Part shown: positions 50,089 through 52,233 of the stretch, in pieces | Position numbering within the stretch: the stretch's first letter is position 1 | How the letters are laid out: every line of letters begins with the position of its first letter | IMG/VR virus record: IMGVR_UViG_3300042429_000905 | Location: 1-52,233 of that record | Direction: 5' to 3' (one strand) | Source of the DNA: a virus | Taxonomy: Duplodnaviria > Caudoviricetes | DNA length: 52,233 nt | Notes under the pieces: model-generated | Told to the model about the DNA's origin: nothing | Database searches by the model: none | The model's input: the letters and a program-made list of their open reading frames with translations, nothing else | Program-made: the position numbers and the translations under genes

Positions 50089-50253
50089 ATGAGCCTCCTC
50101 ACCGACATCCTTGACCAGATGTGCTGCCTCGACAGCAAGCTGGACGCGCTGGAGGCGCGGCTTGACATCCTCGAAGATGTCTCTACGTACATCCAGTCAG
50201 ACGGTACCAACTACTTCCAGCCCGACGGTTCATCCCTTTACCTGATCCCATAA
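50089..50253 (+). CDS. 54-aa fibre-associated peptide (MSLLTDILDQMCCLDSKLDALEARL...), not in the ORF track
   Basis: Paralogue of 48798-48953, with the same TAATTTTATG junction to the fibre gene. Confidence 0.7.
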   Translation: MSLLTDILDQMCCLDSKLDALEARLDILEDVSTYIQSDGTNYFQPDGSSLYLIP

Positions 50254-50257
50254 TTTT

Positions 50258-51169
50258 ATGCCTGACTACACCGTAAAAGCCGATGTTGATTCGATGCTCC
50301 GTGCCGACAACGACGCAGGAATCCGCACCGCCATCGGCCTAGGCCAAACGGACGCGCCGACGTTCCTAGCGGCATCCCTGACCGGCCAATCGCTGACCGG
50401 GACGCAAGCGACGAGTCTGGTTGATCTGGCGACTACTTGGTTAAGCACGACCGGGACGCCTACTGCCATCAAGATGAACGTCATAGACACGGCAAATGTA
50501 CCTACTGCGTCTCTGCTGATGGACTTGCAGGTGGGTGGGGTGAGTAAGTTCAGCGTTCGTAAAGATGGGCTTGTTGCATTAACTTCTATCAATTTAGGTG
50601 GAGGCGCATACGGAGGAGACGCAAACTGGTTTTCGGTCGCTGGACTCAATTTATCAAGTTCTTCTTATCTAAGTTTTGGGGCTGCTGATATTCGCGTATA
50701 CCGAGACGCCGCCGGAATCCTAGCCCAGCGGAACGGGACAGCAGCGCAGACGTTCCGGGTTTATGATTCCTACGACACAGCAGGAACCAATTACGAGCGA
50801 GCGACGTTTGGATTCCCAACAGGCACCAACACGCTTCGGATCGGGACGGAGCAGGCCGGGACTGGAGCTTCGCAGCCGATTGATTTTGTGACTGGCGGGG
50901 TGGTGCGGATGACAATTCAATCAGGTGGCAATATTTCAATTCCTAATGGTCTTTTTGTAACTGGAAACATTGCTGTTGGCTATCTTTTAAAATTAACAGC
51001 ATTGACTGTGGCTACGTTGCCAGCAGCAGCATCAAATGCATTTCCATCATTGGTTGGAGTTAGTGACGCAACTATGACCGCCGCACTTGGTAAAGGGACC
51101 ACGGTTGTCGGAGGTGGCGCAAATAAGGTAATCGTCATGAGCGACGGAACCAACTGGGTTATCCTCTAA
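50258..51169 (+). CDS. Tail fibre / receptor-binding protein 2
   Basis: Shares IRTAIGLGQTDAPTFLA, GILAQRNGTAAQ.FRVY and SDGTNW with fibre 1. Confidence 0.8.
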   Translation: MPDYTVKADVDSMLRADNDAGIRTAIGLGQTDAPTFLAASLTGQSLTGTQATSLVDLATTWLSTTGTPTAIKMNVIDTANVPTASLLMDLQVGGVSKFSVRKDGLVALTSINLGGGAYGGDANWFSVAGLNLSSSSYLSFGAADIRVYRDAAGILAQRNGTAAQTFRVYDSYDTAGTNYERATFGFPTGTNTLRIGTEQAGTGASQPIDFVTGGVVRMTIQSGGNISIPNGLFVTGNIAVGYLLKLTALTVATLPAAASNAFPSLVGVSDATMTAALGKGTTVVGGGANKVIVMSDGTNWVIL

Positions 51170-51193
51170 GTCGCTAAATAACAATCCCCACAC

Positions 51194-51382
51194 ATGACCC
51201 CAACCTACAAACAAAACCTAGTCACCAGTCGCAACGCCAACCTCGCCGAGCAGCATGATCTGCGGGAGCGGCTTAAGCAGTTGGAATCCGAAGAGACGCA
51301 GCTCAAAGGAGCAATCGCCATCCTGACTCAGATCGATCAAGCCGAAGCCGACAAGGCCAAGGCTGAACAACCCACTACCTAA
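51194..51382 (+). CDS. Small coiled-coil protein, possible fibre chaperone
   Basis: Heptads ending LKGAIAIL. Confidence 0.65.
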   Translation: MTPTYKQNLVTSRNANLAEQHDLRERLKQLESEETQLKGAIAILTQIDQAEADKAKAEQPTT

Positions 51383-51388
51383 TAACAT

Positions 51389-51730
51389 ATGGCCACTATT
51401 ACCATCCCACTCGATACTCCGGCAGAACGTCCTGAAGTTCCGTCGAAAGTTTACAACGAAATCTACATCATGGACCTTGCCATCAGTGCGCGTTCCATGG
51501 GCGAACAAGATTCAATTTATGTTGAGTATGTCCCATTTGACCAAGCTACCGGCGACCGGCTTTTGTCTGATCGGCGGGAAGTGAGGCTTCCGTTTTGGGA
51601 GGCTGTGAATTTGATTCCTTCCGCTGCCGAAGCCTTTGCTGCCGTCGCGCTCTGCCTGCCGGACCTCATCGCCTATCAGGCGGAGAAGAATAAGCCGGTG
51701 GTTCCTGAGCCGGTGGTTCCTGCTGAGTAA
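51389..51730 (+). CDS. Hypothetical protein, possible fibre assembly factor
   Basis: Position after the fibres and before a terminator. Confidence 0.6.
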   Translation: MATITIPLDTPAERPEVPSKVYNEIYIMDLAISARSMGEQDSIYVEYVPFDQATGDRLLSDRREVRLPFWEAVNLIPSAAEAFAAVALCLPDLIAYQAEKNKPVVPEPVVPAE

Positions 51731-51737
51731 ACTAACG

Positions 51738-51768
51738 AGTGCCGCTGGAAACCCCAGCGGCACTTTTT
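51738..51768 (+). terminator. Rho-independent terminator
   Basis: AGTGCCGCTGG/CCAGCGGCACT stem followed by TTTT. Confidence 0.85.
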
Positions 51769-51875
51769 CTTGATACGCCGCAGGAGCAGGAAACAAAAAC
51801 CTAAATATTCCCTTTTTATTTTCCTGAAACGACGTACATTCCGTCAGATCATACAACCCTCCACACCTTACTACC

Positions 51876-52233
51876 ATGCCCCGCACTCTTTTGCCCCTCG
51901 ACGCTGATCCCAGCCAAGCCTACCTGAAAATCCACTCCGACGAGTTCGTCAACGAGACGTTTATCGTCCCGCTGTCCAGCGTGTCCATGGACATCGATAG
52001 CGGCGACCTCGCCTCCACGGACGACACCTACCAAGGTGCCGTGATCACTGGCTTCTCCGCCGGTGCCACCATCGCCCAATGGGAGTCTGTCTATCTCAGT
52101 GCTGCTGGGACTTGGCTCCTCGCTGACGCCGATGGCTCCGGCACCTTCCCTTCACGCGGCATCGCCGTCGCTGCTGGCAGTGTTGCCTTGGGTGAACTGG
52201 TCGTTCTCCGCGAAGGCAAAGCCCGCAACGACG
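51876..52233 (+). CDS. Structural protein, capsid decoration/cement-like, truncated by the window end
   Basis: Open to the end: MPRTLLPLDAD..AGATIAQWESVYLSAAGTWLLADAD..GIAV. Confidence 0.6.
   Translation, partial: MPRTLLPLDADPSQAYLKIHSDEFVNETFIVPLSSVSMDIDSGDLASTDDTYQGAVITGFSAGATIAQWESVYLSAAGTWLLADADGSGTFPSRGIAVAAGSVALGELVVLREGKARND

Noticed and set aside
48958-51169. Diversity-generating retroelement or invertase shufflon at the fibres
   Set aside because: No reverse transcriptase or recombinase in the window; repeats are direct and mismatches are not adenine-specific

Overview
The window is most of a GC-rich dsDNA tailed-phage genome (podovirus-like), with no bacterial housekeeping genes. 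Layout: (1) 1-5.7 kb: a 15-bp tandem repeat, small early genes mostly on the minus strand, duplicated sigma70-like promoters, an HTH gene and a possible small terminase. (2) 5.7-18.9 kb: an AT-rich origin-like gap, primase-helicase, DUF2800 nuclease, DUF2815 SSB, family A DNA polymerase with an intein, VRR-NUC and SNF2 helicase. (3) 19.1-38.8 kb: tail and internal (ejected) virion genes, ending in a 3823-aa polyvalent protein. (4) 38.8-44.4 kb, minus strand: GIY-YIG endonuclease, an Erv1/ALR-like sulfhydryl oxidase, portal and scaffold. (5) 44.6-52.2 kb: major capsid protein with a Calx-beta domain, lysis genes and duplicated tail-fibre cassettes. I saw no large terminase, integrase, tRNA or CRISPR. 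Best candidates for new biology: (a) an Erv1/ALR-type disulfide oxidase coupled to the portal gene, in a phage whose outer virion proteins are Cys-rich, suggesting a poxvirus-like cytoplasmic disulfide pathway; (b) a polymerase intein whose HNH homing endonuclease is a separate gene in the +1 frame; (c) effector cassettes in the giant protein bounded by repeated DNA linkers; (d) a gene-32-like pseudoknot upstream of the SSB gene. All family assignments come from motif recognition by eye, not from database searches.
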